64,000 nt of DNA from Tubulanus polymorphus (GCF_964204645.1 NC_134031.1:8804001-8868000); one strand, 5' to 3'. Positions 1 through 13,072 are shown, numbered from the stretch's first letter. Notes: generated by a model from the letters alone, not told the origin. Numbers and translations are program-made.

Positions 1-1204
1 CAAAATACCCAAATTAGAACGTATAATTGAAAATTCTAAACTTAACATAAATGATGAAGACGTTGGTCTTTAAGCATATCAATTAAAATTTTTAGATAAT
101 GGTAAATGTTATTATCGTTTGAAAGGTGATTATTATATTGATATCACTTCTAAAAATAATAAAAAAATTATAGCGGAATCAACTTTGAAAAGTTTAAAAC
201 CAGATAAAATTAAAATAATAAGTAATAGTAATGAAATAACTGATGTTACACAAAAAGAAATAGATGATAATATAGACGTATTTAAACAAAGAATTAATGA
301 ATTATTTGAAACAATCAAAAAGAAATCAGAAACAGAAACAACTTCTGAACAGAATATAACTTCCAAAAATAGTAAACTTAAATCAAATAAAGTTCCAATT
401 GAAAAACTTTTACCGAATGGATTAATTGATGCAACAGATCAACAATTAGAAGATTTAAATATATTTTCTGATGAAGCAATTAGAGAAATTATTAGTATAA
501 GAAATGCATCCGATAAAATTGCGCATGAAAAAGAAATAAGAGATTTTAAAATTAGATTTTTAGAAAAAGAATTAACTGATAAAAATAAAGAAATAGAACA
601 ACTAAAGTCTGATTTAGATCATCAAGTAATTGATGAAATAGAGTATAGGCAAAAAGAATAACGATTAGAAAAAGAAATTAATAATTTAAAAGATAATTTA
701 GAAGTACAGAAAGAAGAAATTAAATTATTATTAAAATCATATGATTATGATATTAATAGATTAAAAGTTATTTTTAAAGATTTATTGATAAAACCAAATT
801 CTGAAATATCATTGAAAGATAGAATAAAATTATTATTTAAGTTAGAAGGAATAACAATTTTTTCAATTCTAACAGCTGTAACTATGATATTTACAACAAT
901 TGGTTTAGCAATATCAAATGCTTTGAAATCTACTCCTACTCCCAATAAACCAGATAAACCCCCAGATAATAATTCTGTACAAGATAAAGTTAAAGATGGT
1001 TTAAAGAAATTAGCAAAATATTTATGGGAACTATCTAAAAAATCTGCTGCAGCTTTACCAGGAATTATTGCATCAATTGTTGGTTTTATATTGAAATCTG
1101 CAGGTAATATTCTTAACTTTGCTGCTGAACATATTATTTTATTTTTAATTACAGTTGTAAGTGCTATTATTTTTGGGCTAGTGAATATGATTAAAAATAA
1201 ATAA
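1..1204 (+). pseudogene. Large coiled-coil protein with C-terminal hydrophobic helices (possibly the 'gasderminX'-type adintovirus membrane-active protein), disrupted
   Basis: ORFs 119-661 and 785-1204 are in one frame, separated by a TAA at 659-661; C-terminus SLKDRIKLLFK...AAAALPGIIASIVGFILK recurs at 46751-48292 and 57536-60411. Confidence 0.6.
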
Positions 1205-1224
1205 TCAATTTTTTTGTTAAATAA

Positions 1225-2472
1225 ATGAGTGGGAGTTAGATAAGTCCTTCTAAGATTTCTAGAATATCTAATGCTATTAAAGCAGAAAGATCACATCATA
1301 TAATTACACATAATCCTTCAAATATTAATCCCGATGAAACTTTATATGTTAGAATTCCTAGATTAACACAAAATACTTTTTATGTTCCAAATAGTATTTA
1401 TTTATCAGCTGATATAAAAGTAACTGGCCATGATAATAATTATGTTGTTGATAATGTTGGAAGGTATTTGATTAAAAAATTAACTATAAAGATTGGTCCA
1501 GAAACAGTTTTCTCATTAGATGATTATAATTTATTTATGCATTATAAAGATTTATGGTTAACTAAAGAAAATAGAAATAATATGATATTTCAAGGCATCC
1601 AATCAGGAAACCATAATAAATTAAGATCAGGAGCTAATGACGCAATAGTAACTCGTGCCACAGATAATTTGATTAAAAAGATTTATGGAAGCAAATATAA
1701 AATCCCATTAGACTTTGAATTGATAAATAACAATGCACCTTTATATAAATACGCAATTCAAGAAGATATTATATTTGAGATAACATTTGCTCCTGTTAAT
1801 GAAATTGTATTATCTAGCGTTGTTAAAGATATGGGTTATAAATTATCGAATATATGTTTAGAATATAACACAGTAACTAATGAAAATATTGCAAGTATAA
1901 TTCAAACTCAATACAATCAAGGATTTTCATTATTATATGATTATATTGATAAATTTAAAACTGTAACTATTAATGCAAATGATGAAATAATAAATGAGAA
2001 TATTAACTTCCCAAGAAGATCTATTAAAGGTATATTAATACTTTTTACCATTGCAACATATTCTAATGGCGCAATAAAGGTTGATAATTATTATAATCCT
2101 GAAATAACAAAAGTAGAAATAACTATCGAAGGAATAGCAAATAAAATATTTTGTCAAGGAATGAGAATGATTGATCAATGGCCAGAAATTAGAAAACATT
2201 TTATGAATGGAAAAGTGAAATCATCTGAAAATTGTAATATTAATCAAATTGATTATTATACCGGTAATAAATATGCATTATGGTTAGATTTTAGAACAAC
2301 AGAGGATAATTCATTACATGGTTCTGGAAAAAAATTACAGAACACTAAAGATGGAATACAATTATTCATGAAAAAGAAAAGAGGAGACAAAAATTTTAAA
2401 ATGCACATTTATATTATATCTGATGCACAATTAAATATTGTAAATTCACAGTTAGATAGTATTCAATATTAG
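1225..2472 (+). pseudogene. Polinton major capsid protein (double jelly-roll type) with a nonsense codon at codon 5
   Basis: ATG at 1225 (TAAATG) is in frame with ORF 1468-2472; TAG at 1237-1239 where copies B and C have TAT (MSGSYINP). Size ~415 aa, position and motifs (INENINFPRRSIKGILI, YALWLDFRT) fit Polinton MCP. Confidence 0.8.
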
Positions 2473-2502
2473 AAATATAAAGTTAAAATTAAGGATATAT
2501 AA

Positions 2503-3630
2503 ATGGGTGGTAAAAAAACTCCTAATACTAAAGAACAATATTTAAGAAATTTATATTACAACCCTGAGAGTTCGGTTGCTTATTCTTCTACCAAAAATAT
2601 ATGGCGTCAAGTAAAACAAGATAAATTAGATAAGATAATCCCACAAAATTTAGTTAAATATAAAGATATAAATGAATTTATGTTAGAACAACCAACATAC
2701 ATAACACATAAAAAAATTGTTAGAAAATATAAAACTCGTAAAACTATGGTAAGTTATGTAGATCAACAGTGGCAAGGAGATTTAATTGATATGAAAAATG
2801 TTAAGAAAGATAATGATGATTATTGGTGGTTATTGAATATAATTGATATTTTTAGTCGTTATGTATGGAGCTTCCCACTTTATAGAAAAGATGCTGTACA
2901 AACATCAAATGTTTTAAGAAAATTTCTTTCGGATGATAAACTAAAACCAGAAAAAATACAATTTGATGATGGAAAACAGTTTGATAATTCACTTGTTCAT
3001 GAACTCTTAGATAATCATAATATTAAATATTTTTCAACAAAATCGGATAAAAAAGCGGCAGTTGTTGAACGATTTAATAGAACATTAAGAACAAGAATGT
3101 GGAAATATTTTACAGCAAATAATACTTTTAAATGGATTGATGTTTTACCAAAATTGATAGAAGGTTATAATAATTCTTATCATTCTTCTATTGGAATGAA
3201 ACCTATTGATGCTAGAAAACCTGAAAATGCTGAAATTGTTTGGAATAATTTATATGGAGCATTTCTTTTAGATGATTTTGGTGAACCTAAATTTAAAGTT
3301 GGTCAAAATGTTAGAATTTCTAAGTATAAAAAGATATTTGATAAAGGATACGATCGAAATTTTACTAGAGAAATATATAAAATAAAAAAGGTTATAACAA
3401 CAAAACCATATGTCTATAAATTAGAAGATTTAGATGGTGAAGAAGTTGATGGCTACTTCTACGAAGAAGAATCAAGTTTAACTACTGAAAATCTAGAAAA
3501 AGAATATAAAATTGAAAAAGTATTAAAAACAAAAACTATTAAAAGAAAAAAATATTCTTTAGTAAAATGGGTTGGATGGCCAGATAAATTCAATGAATGG
3601 ATATTATCAAGTAAAATTAAAAATATATAA
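2503..3630 (+). CDS. Retroviral-type (rve, DDE) integrase with C-terminal chromodomain
   Basis: QWQGDLID / IQFDDGKQF / VVERFNRTLR catalytic motifs; C-terminal YKIEKVLK...YSLVKWVGWPDKFNEWI chromodomain. Confidence 0.93.
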   Translation: MGGKKTPNTKEQYLRNLYYNPESSVAYSSTKNIWRQVKQDKLDKIIPQNLVKYKDINEFMLEQPTYITHKKIVRKYKTRKTMVSYVDQQWQGDLIDMKNVKKDNDDYWWLLNIIDIFSRYVWSFPLYRKDAVQTSNVLRKFLSDDKLKPEKIQFDDGKQFDNSLVHELLDNHNIKYFSTKSDKKAAVVERFNRTLRTRMWKYFTANNTFKWIDVLPKLIEGYNNSYHSSIGMKPIDARKPENAEIVWNNLYGAFLLDDFGEPKFKVGQNVRISKYKKIFDKGYDRNFTREIYKIKKVITTKPYVYKLEDLDGEEVDGYFYEEESSLTTENLEKEYKIEKVLKTKTIKRKKYSLVKWVGWPDKFNEWILSSKIKNI

Positions 3631-4233
3631 ATGAATAAGGAATTATTTATATTTGAGCCTCATAATATGTTAATTTCTGGCGTAACAAATTGTGGAAAAA
3701 CTTATTTTATATTAAATTTATTAGAAACTGTTTATGAAAACTATTTTGATAATAATGTATTATTTTGTCCAACATATGAATTTAATCAAACTTATGATAG
3801 AAATATTACTAGAAATTATAAATTTATTATATTAGATCCTAAAACAGTAAAAGAAAATTTAGATAATTGCATAAAAATAGCAATTGATATTTATAAAAGA
3901 TCAAATACATTATTTATCATAGATGATTGCGCAAATTTACATGATTCAAAAGTTAGAGAAAGTGAGTTATGTTATCTGGCTTTCTCTGGGAGACATTTCG
4001 GGATAACAACATGGGTTTTAAATCAAAAATATAATTCAATTGTTAAAGACTTTGGGGAGAATATAAGATTTCTAGTTTTATTTTATAATAAAGATAGAAA
4101 ATCGATGAAAAATGCGCTTGAGGAAAATGATATTATTCCACATGATTTACATAATGAATATATGGATAAGTTGAAAAATATTAAAAGATCAAAATTACTA
4201 TTTAGATTACAACACCCATTTAATAAGAAGTGA
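3631..4233 (+). CDS. A32/FtsK-like genome packaging ATPase (extreme C-terminus differs from copy B)
   Basis: Walker A GVTNCGKT, Walker B FIIDD, GRH motif, VLNQ. Confidence 0.9.
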   Translation: MNKELFIFEPHNMLISGVTNCGKTYFILNLLETVYENYFDNNVLFCPTYEFNQTYDRNITRNYKFIILDPKTVKENLDNCIKIAIDIYKRSNTLFIIDDCANLHDSKVRESELCYLAFSGRHFGITTWVLNQKYNSIVKDFGENIRFLVLFYNKDRKSMKNALEENDIIPHDLHNEYMDKLKNIKRSKLLFRLQHPFNKK

Positions 4234-4568
4234 AGGAATTAACTGTGAAGAAAAAACCGTGATCACAGAAACAAATTGAATGGTCTCGGCAATTAGGAAT
4301 TAAATCACAAGAATATAAAAAAGCTGTAAAAGAAAAAATAAGTAATAAAAATAGTGAAAATATTGTTATTTCTACTCCTTCTAATGATAGAATATTTGAT
4401 AAAAATCTATATTTTACAGTTGGATTTGTAATTGTATTCATTTTGATTGGGTGTAATTGGTATAAGATATCAAATAAAATTCATGATATTAATAATTCTG
4501 AAACAACTGTTATCAAAAATGAAAATACTTCTGAAATTCCAAAATTGACAATAAAAAAAATGGATTAA
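4230..4568 (+). pseudogene. Small basic single-TM Polinton protein, degraded homologue of 42320-42688
   Basis: Manual translation VKKKP*SQKQIEWSRQLGIKS...LYFTVGFVIVFILIG...KKMD matches KKKARSEKQIKWARELGKRS...LYITIGLVTVIILSG...LLMD. Confidence 0.65.
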
Positions 4569-5719
4569 TATTTTAGAAAAAAAGCAAAAAAAATAATTTT
4601 TTTTAATTAATTGAATATTAATTGAATATCACCATGTGGGTGCCATACGGCACCATCTCACTACTATTGTTTATCTATAGGAGCAGTAATTATAACTGTC
4701 CAGATAAGTCATTTCGGATTCTCGATAATAAATCCTAAAACTGAAAATAAATTCAAAGAAACGACTGGTGGAAATACTATTTCATAAACACATATATTTT
4801 ATTCTACAATCATTATCGATATCCACATTCCAAGCCGCTCCTGAGAGGAGCGGTAAGGTATGCGCGGAATGTAGGAATCAATAAAATACAATACAACATC
4901 TGTCACTGTGTGACATTAACAACAGCTTAATGACGCAATTGAAATTCCGACAAACGTAATGCATTGGAAGCCTATACAGTATGGCTAAACTGCTACAGTC
5001 TCATGAGTTGAAATATCCATAATTTCTGATTCCACATCCATCTATCTTCACTTTCTTGATTCAATGGCCTTCATTTTGTTATCTAAAAGATAAATATCTA
5101 ACGTAGAATAAAACTAACTTGAAGTTGTAGTTGTAAAATATTAATTACAACACTTAAGCATGGCCATTTTGTGGCGCATCTTACCAGGATAAGTTTTACA
5201 TGTTTAACGTTTCCCAACGCCTTAATAACAACAAAAACAGTACTTACATTTATAACTGTAAACTCCTAAAATTGTGTTTATAGAGAGAATATCCTATACG
5301 TTCCTATGCTTATGTGCTCCGCGTTTATAACTGCCAGTTATTCACTAGCTAAACACTGTCTGGTGCAACAGATGTTCCTTCCTTTGTAATATAATTGATT
5401 AATCCTTTTCAACTGAACTAGAACATTCGATCAATATTCAAATGAGATACACCCTATTCAACTGAATATAACGTGCGACAGATGCTTTTGTAAACAACCT
5501 AATACAATTGCATATGGGCGGTTTGACATGTGTGTGTTGTATGTACTGCGTGCTTATTATATAACTGCTAGGTATCCAATATAACAACAACGTTGCGCAA
5601 CACCTGTTTGATTGATCAATATTCAAATGAAGCACTCTCTTATAATAACATGTAACAGATGTTTGATTGTATGATTGTAGTTGTTTATAAAACGACTAAG
5701 GTCATTTTGGATTCTAGAT

Positions 5720-6028
5720 ATTCATTATTTTTATTTCTTATTTAATCAACAATTTCTAAATCATGATGACCGTCTTCATTTTCCCATGATAGATTATTTT
5801 AAATCCTACTAAATCTTTCAATTCCTCTGTACTCAATGAAACCCATTTATCAGGTAAAAATACTTAAAATTCTCGCGATGTACTAACATTACAGTAGCTT
5901 AAATTCGCTGATACTTTCTCTCCATATTTAGTTTTTATCTTTTCTAATTTCAATATTTTATGTTCAATTTCTTTTGATGGTTTTATTCTGTTATTTATTG
6001 TTGGTAAGAATGCTTTTCTATCTCCCAT
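5720..6028 (-). pseudogene. Degraded paralogue of the small Polinton ORF 53924-54268
   Basis: Starts TAAATG; contains IKTKYGE and (after a frameshift) VFLPDKW, compared with VTNKYGD and TYLPDRL. Confidence 0.4.
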
Positions 6029-6164
6029 TTATTAGGAAAAGAAATTACTTGTGGTGATGAGTGGGGATTACTTCCCCTTGTATAACAAGTACGCTATTAA
6101 CCGTTCTCACCCAAGCCTCACAGCATCTATTAGGAGCAGTAATTATAACTGTCCAGATAAGGCA

Positions 6165-6378
6165 TTTCGGATCCTTGATATCAAATTCCTCAACGTATCG
6201 TTCATTATTTGGATCATTGTTCCATTGATCAATAAATTTCTTTGCCTTTATTAACTGTTCTAAATATAACTGTAAATCTAGTTTATTAGATTTGATTTGA
6301 TTTTCTTTCTTTTCTTAAAGGCCTTAAATTTTTCCAACCCCAAATAAGTTTTTTATTGTATTCATCATTCCTTTCCAT
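6165..6378 (-). pseudogene. Internally deleted C-terminal remnant of the HNH endonuclease gene seen at 40855-41520
   Basis: Reverse complement matches 41328-41500 (NDEYN.KL..WKNLRPL...QWNNDPNNE). Confidence 0.6.
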
Positions 6379-6469
6379 TTATTAGTAAAAATTTCCATTT
6401 ATTACTTGTGGTGATGAGTGGTGTCTCGCCCTCTCGCCCTCTGGTATGAAACCCACATCTTCCAATTAC

Positions 6470-7150
6470 TCTCGTCGACATAATAGCATTTCTCCGCTAT
6501 ATCTCTTCGGCGTGTTTAGTTTAGGCCTACGACTCCCCGGTACACTTATGATTTATCTTAGTAAATACACGGTTAATTTGGTAAAGAAAAATAGGTATTG
6601 CTAAACTAACTGCTTGACGCCCGCAGCCAAATCGCTGGTAGTAATAAATTAATTTGTACTCGATTTGATTCTCATGATGAGGAGAAACTCGCAGCTGATC
6701 CCCGGAACGACGATGTAGTAACACACGTCGATTCGTCGATGTTTACGGCTCGACAGAGCTTTTAAAATCTAAAGTAGTAAATTTCCAGTGTATCGGTAAT
6801 ATAATCTGATGAGGAAAATGGGCTATTGTTAAAATCGTTTGAAGACCCCGACTGAATGTGAAGTCTGCGGCAATAAATTAGTTCATTTATACTTGAATTG
6901 ATAATCAAAGTGACAGTCGGCCTGCGGGTTGATTTCGGGATGACGACTCGAAAAACATGTCGCCCCATTGAATGGGGCTAAATTTTCGATGTTTACGGCC
7001 CGACAGCGCTTTTGTAACGATGATTCGTGAAAAAACACGCGGGCTATTTGTAGATCTCAGTGAGCTGAACGATATTATATGGATTGTATATGAAACAGCG
7101 GTAAGGTAACAAAGCCTATGTTCCTTTGGTAAAAATAGTGTGGAAGAAAA
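6470..7150. repeat. ~650-bp dispersed repeat that accompanies the 31-bp satellite
   Basis: Near-identical copies at 8740-9232 and 10258-10715; inverted copies inside each 1.37-kb tandem unit and at 37900-38290. Confidence 0.85.
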
Positions 7151-7214
7151 TAATAATAATAATAATCACGCGGATATCAATAGGGTTTTCTGTGAAATAA
7201 CAGAAAACCCTAAT

Positions 7215-8375
7215 AATGAAGTGTCGCTGGCGATAAAACCAAAGTAATGAATTGTCGTGGGCGATAAAACCAAAATAATGAATTCTCTCGGGCGACAAAA
7301 ACAAAATATTGAATTGTCACGTGCGACAAAACCGAAATAATGAATTGTTGCGGGCAATAAAACCAAAATAATGAATTGTGTCGTGCGACAAAACCAAAAT
7401 AATGAATTGTCGCGGGCGACAAAACCAAAATAATGAATTATCGCGGGCGATAAAACCAAAATATTGAATTGTCGCAGGCGATAAAACCAAAATATTGAAT
7501 TGTCGCGGGCGACAAAACCAAAAAAAAATTGTCGCGGGCGACAAAAACAAAATATAAAACCAAAATAATGAATTGTCGCGGGCGACAAAAACAAAATATG
7601 AAACCAAAATAATGAATTGTCGCGGGCGACAAAACTAAAAAGAAGGATTGTCGCGGGCGACAAAACCAAAATAATGAATTGTCGCTGGCGATAAAACCAA
7701 AGTAATGAATTGTCGTAGGCGATGAAACCAAAATATTGAATTTTTCGTGGGCGACAAAACCAAAATATTGAATTGTCGCAGGCGATAAAACCAAAATATT
7801 GAATTGTCGCGGGCAACAAAACCCAAAAAAATTGTCGCGGACGATAAAAACAAAATATTTAAAAAAAATAATGAATTGTCTCGGGCGATAAAACCAAAAA
7901 GAAAAATTGTCGCCTGCGACAAAACCAAAATAATGAATTGTCGCTGGAGATAAAACCAAAGTAACGAATTGTCGCGGGCGATAAAACCAAAATATTGAAT
8001 TGTCGCGGGCGACAAAACCAAACTAATGAATTGTCGCGGGCGACAAAACCAAAATAATGAATTGTCTCGGGCGACAAAAACAAAATAATGAATTATCGCG
8101 GGCGATAAAACCAAAATATTGAATTGTTGCAGGTGATAAAACCAAAATATTGAATTGTCGCGGGCGACAAAAACAAAATATAAAACCAAAATAATGAATT
8201 GTCGCGGGCGACAAAACTAAAAAGAAGGATTGTCGCGGGCGACAAAACAAAAATAATGAATTGTCGCTGGCGATAAAACCAAAGTAATGAATTGTCGTGG
8301 GCGATAAAACCAAAATATTGAATTTTTCGCGGGCGACAAAACCAAAATATTGAATTGTGGCGGGCGACAAAATCA
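7215..8375 (-). repeat. 31-bp satellite array
   Basis: Monomer GTTTTGTCGCCCGCGACAATTCATTATTTTG on the minus strand. Confidence 0.95.
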
Positions 8376-9234
8376 AAATCATTGTTTTTTCGCGTTATTT
8401 TAGTTTTGTCGTTTTGTCGTAATGTCGCCCTCATTTGCATATTCGTGTTTTTTATCGTATCAGCCACCATACTTAAGCCTTAAGGTCGCGTAAAACTCGA
8501 TAAACACTTCAAGCGACACAGCGAACGATCTCCTTTCCTCCACAGCGAACGCTTACTCCGAATGTCAAGTGTGAGTCCAGCCTACGGATAGGACGGTGTT
8601 GTATACTTGTATTTAGTAAATACCTTGTGGATTTGACAATGATCGGTATGTACTGTAGGAAATATAGAGTATTTATGGTATTGATATAGAGGTTGAAGCC
8701 CGCGGCCGAATAAAGTAATATATTTCTTTATTTTGATACCTCGTCGACATAACAGCTTTTCTCCGTTATATTTCTTGTTTAGTTTAGGCCTACGACTCCC
8801 CGGTACACTTTTGATTTATCTTAGTTAATACACGGTTAATTTGGTAAAGAAAAATAGGTATTGCTAAACTAACTGCTTGACGCCCGCAGCCAAATCACTG
8901 GTAGTTATAAATTAATTTGTACTCGATTTGATTCTCATGATGAGGAGAAACTCGCAGCTGATCCCCGGAACGACGATGTAGTAACACACGTCGATTCGTC
9001 GATGTCTACGGCTCGACAGTGCTTTTAAAATCTAAAGTAGTAAATTTCCAGTGTATCGGTAATATGATTTGATGAGGAAAATGGGCTATTGTTAAAATCA
9101 CTGTTTGAAGACCGCGACTGAATGTGAAGTCTGCGGCAATAAATTAGTTCATTTATACTTGAATTGATAATCGACGTGACAGTCGGCCTGCGGGTTGATT
9201 TCGGGATGACGACTCGAAAAACATGTCGCCCAAT

Positions 9235-9476
9235 TCACGACGACTTGAAACTCAGTCGTCATTTCACTGGTGTCCTCATCTTACATTTAGACGTGTCTTC
9301 AAATGACGGCTTGTCCCGTGGAAAATGGGCGAAAAAGCGAAATTTGTCGTGAAAACGTCACGATATGTCGACATATTCATGTCGACTTGACGCGATATAT
9401 CGCGATATATCAACATAAATATGGCGACTTGTCGAGTTGGAACGCGACATCTCGAGGCCTCTTATCGCTTCCGTAG
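9235..9476. mobile_element. Half copy of the IS3EU-like MITE
   Basis: Reverse complement of 9804-10030, ending ...ATCGCTTCCGTA. Confidence 0.7.
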
Positions 9477-9532
9477 AAAGCATAAGTCTTTATTACGTTA
9501 TTAATTGGCCTAATTATTCAAAAGCTAATAAA

Positions 9533-9741
9533 GTGGGCGACAAAACCAAAAAAATGAATTGTCGCGGGCGATTAAACCAAAATAATCAATTGTCGCGGGC
9601 GATAAAACCAAAATAATCAATTGTTGCTGGCGATAAAACCAAAATATTGAATTGTCGCGGGCGACAAAACCAAACTAATGAATTGTCGTGGGCGATAAAA
9701 CCAAAATATTGAATTGTCGCAGGCGATAAAACCAAAATATT
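9533..9741 (-). repeat. 31-bp satellite, short array
   Basis: Same monomer, about 7 copies. Confidence 0.9.
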
Positions 9742-9803
9742 GACAATGACCGGTATGTACTGTAGGAAATATAGAGTATTGATGGTATTGATATAGAGGT
9801 TGA

Positions 9804-10209
9804 TACGGAAGCGATAAAGGGCCTCGAGATGTCGCGTTCAAACTCGGCAAGTCGTCATATTTATGTCGATATATCGCGTCAAGTCGACATGAATATGTCG
9901 ACATATCGTGACGTCTTCACGACAGATTTCGCTTTTTTGCCAATTTTCCACGGGACAAGCCGTCATTTGAAGACATGTCTAAATGTAAGATGAGGACACC
10001 AGTGATATGACGACTGAGTTTCAAGTCGTCATGAATATGTCGACTTGTCGCGAAGAAAGTGGTCGAGAAAACGAAATATGTCGTCAAAACGTCACGATAT
10101 ATCGACATATTCATGTCGACATGACGCGATAAATCGCGGTATGTCGCCATAAATATGGCGACTTGTTGAGTTGGAACGCGACATCTCGAGGCCCTTTATC
10201 GCTTCCGTA
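9804..10209. mobile_element. Non-autonomous TIR element (MITE), IS3EU-like
   Basis: Long TIRs TACGGAAGCGATAAAGGGCCTCGAGATGTCGCG; 6-bp TSD GGTTGA (9798-9803 and 10210-10215); empty site visible at ~8690. TAY..RTA ends plus 6-bp TSD are the IS3EU signature. Confidence 0.78.
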
Positions 10210-10720
10210 GGTTGAAGCCCGCGGCCGAATAAAGTAATTATATTCTTTTATTTTGATACCTCGTCGACATAACAGCTTTTCTCCGCTATATCTCTTCGGC
10301 GTGTTTCGTTTAGGCCTACGACTCCCCGGTACACTTATGATTTATCTTAGTAAATACACGGTTAATTTGATAAAGAAAAATAGGTATTGCTAAACTAATT
10401 GCATGACGCCCGCAGCCAAATCACTGGTAGTAATAAATTAATTTGTACTCGATTTGATTCTCATGATGAGGTGAAACTCGCAGCTGATCCCCGGAACGAC
10501 GATGTAGTGACACACGTCGATTCGCCGATGTTTACGGCTCGACAGTGCTTTTAAAATCTAAAGTAGTAAATTTCCTATATATCGGTAGTACGATTTGATG
10601 AGGAAAATGGGCTAGTATCGGCAAAATGGGCTAGTATCGGATTGTATCGACAACAGCGTCAAGGTAACAAAGCCTTTGTTCTTTTAGTAAAAATAGTGTG
10701 GAAGAAAATAATAATAATAG

Positions 10721-10980
10721 ATATAGCTGCAAAGCAGCGATAACGGGTTTTCTGCACAGTCTTAGAATCCTGTTCAACGGTGGATTTCAACAAAGCATTC
10801 GGAACGCCTCATCTTGGAATGGAGGGTCTAACTAGTGGAGTCACGCAAGGTAGTATCCTAAGTCGTCTTCTGTTGAATGTCCCGACAAATGACATACACA
10901 ATAATCCAAAATATACCAGACCGAGTAATTTCCAAAACGACCTTAACACACTGTTCGACCAAAAAACTTAATGTTCCGAC
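10721..10980 (+). mobile_element. 5' fragment of a Helentron/HINE-like element
   Basis: Begins ATATAGCTGCAAAGCAGCGATAACGGGTTTTCTG, almost identical to the start of the insertion at 58494; inverted partial copy at 37722-37895. Confidence 0.55.
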
Positions 10981-11406
10981 AAAACCACAGGCGACAAAAC
11001 CAAAATTATGAATTGTCGCGGGTGACAAAACCAAAATATTGAATTGTCACGGGCGACAAAACAAAAATAATGAATTCTCGCAGGCGATAAAACCAAAATA
11101 ATGAATTGTCGCGGGCGATAAAACCACAATAATGAATTGTCGCGGGCGTTAAAACCAAAATATTGAATTGTCGCGGGCGATAAAACCAAAATAATGAATT
11201 GTCGCGGACGACAAAAACAAAATATTGAATTGTTGCGTGCGACAAAACCAAAATAATGAATTGTCGCGGGCGTTAAAACCAAAATATTGAATTGTCGCGG
11301 GCGATAAAACCAAAATAATGATTGTCGCGGACGACAAAAACAAAATATTGAATTGTTGCGTGCGACAAAACCAAAATAATGAATTGTCGCGGGTGACAAA
11401 ACCAAA
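10975..11406 (-). repeat. 31-bp satellite array
   Basis: Same monomer. Confidence 0.92.
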
Positions 11407-12660
11407 CTAGGGGTCCAGGGACACCATGCTCACTTGGGAAGTGGTTTCAAATGCTCAACAATCTAACAATTTCAATACATAACGCCCTCTAGTGACCATA
11501 TACAAAAACCAATGACCTTGAAACCCACCACAATCATAGAACATGTGAGCAGCTATGATTTTGTAATCGATTGTGATAACAAAATATGCCTCGTTACCAA
11601 TTTAATATGGAAATACTAAGTTATTCTACTATTCAACGCCCCCTGGTGACCATTTGCAAAACCCAATTACCTTAAAACTCACCACAATCGTAGTACATGT
11701 CATGAAATACAACTTTGCAATTGATCATAGTAACAAAATATGCCTAGGTACCGATCTAATAAGGAAATACTAAGCCATTCTACTATTCAACGACCCCTGG
11801 TGACTATATGGAATAACTAATGTCCTTAAAAACTCACCACAATCATAGACGATGTCATGAACTACAACTTTGCAATTGATCATGGTAACAAGATATGCCT
11901 TGGTACAAATATAGCAATACTAAGTTATTGTATTATTCAACGCCCCCTGATGGCCACATACAAAAACCAATGACCTTGAAACTCACCAAAATCATAGAAC
12001 ACGTTATGGGCTACAACTTTCCAATTGAATATAGTAACACAATATGCTTAGGTATCGATTTAATGTGGAAAAACTTTTTCCCACCTACGAATGAGTACTG
12101 ATGACACCAAGATGGCCGCCAATTGCGTCATAATTGGCTGATCAAAAATACCTGTCCCAGGTATAAAACATCCCTCTCTAAAGATTACCCATCAGCAATT
12201 GCAATGAGAAATGGCAAACCAGTAGGAAGCTACGTGACCTAGAATTCTGGCCAAAATTGACATTTTTGGGCACTAAAAAGGTCATAGGACGGCCATCTTG
12301 TGTCAGATCGACCCAATTTTCTTATGCTGATGGGCCTTTGGTAGACTAAATATAAACGAAAGATCAAGGTAATTGATCAAAGCGTCTTCAAAATTTCCCA
12401 CGAAAACTTCGAAACTGTTTAAAAAGTGCTGATTTTGGCAAACAACAATGGCTGCCAGTCCGCCATCTTGAATCTGACAGGGCCAGTTTTTGGGCTGACG
12501 ATGTGTCTAGGGGAGATACATGTATAAACCAAATATCAAGACGTTACCTTGAAGCGTCTTCAAAACTTCCCAAAATAACTGGATTCTATCTATGGACGGA
12601 CGGACGGACGAAAAGTGAACGCAATAGCCCGCTGGGACTAAAGTCCCAAGTGGACTGAAA
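11406..12660 (+). mobile_element. Non-autonomous Helentron (HINE/pearl-like) element with ~153-bp internal tandem repeats
   Basis: Four repeats starting ~11481, 11635, 11789, 11939; (GGAC)n microsatellite at ~12594-12610; terminal hairpin TGGGACT-AA-AGTCCCA; inserted in an A-run of the satellite without TSD. Confidence 0.72.
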
Positions 12661-13072
12661 AATAATTGTCGCGGGCGACAAAACCAAACTAAAGAATTGT
12701 CGCGAGTGATAAAACCAAAATATTGAATTGTCGCGGGCGACAAAACCAAACTAATGAATTGTTGCGGGCGATAAAACCAAACTAATGAATTGTCGCGGGC
12801 GATAAAACCAAAATATTGAATTGTCCCGGGCGATAAAAACAAAATATTGAATTGTCGCGGGCGATAAAACCAAAATAATGAATTATCGCGGGCGATAAAA
12901 CCAAAATATTGAATTGTCGCGGGCGATAAAACAAAAATAATTAATTGTCGCGGGCGACAAAACCAAAATAATTAATTGTCGCGGGCGACAAAACCAAAAT
13001 GTTGAATTGTCGCGGGCGACAAAACCAAAAAAAAAATTGGCGCGGGCGACAAAAACCAAATATAAAACCAAA
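12660..13072 (-). repeat. 31-bp satellite array
   Basis: Same monomer. Confidence 0.92.

Larger units (their letters stand above)
1..6430 (+). mobile_element. Polinton/Maverick (adintovirus-like) copy A, partial; left end lies outside the window
   Basis: Compact, intronless, very AT-rich cluster: membrane protein - major capsid - rve/chromo integrase - packaging ATPase; homologous to genes at 42-64 kb. Right boundary approximate. Confidence 0.88.

Noticed and set aside
4825-4895. GC-rich hairpin CCGCTCCT-GAG-AGGAGCGG with AATAC tail
   Set aside because: Could be a LINE/SINE 3' end but single copy here and too short to assign.
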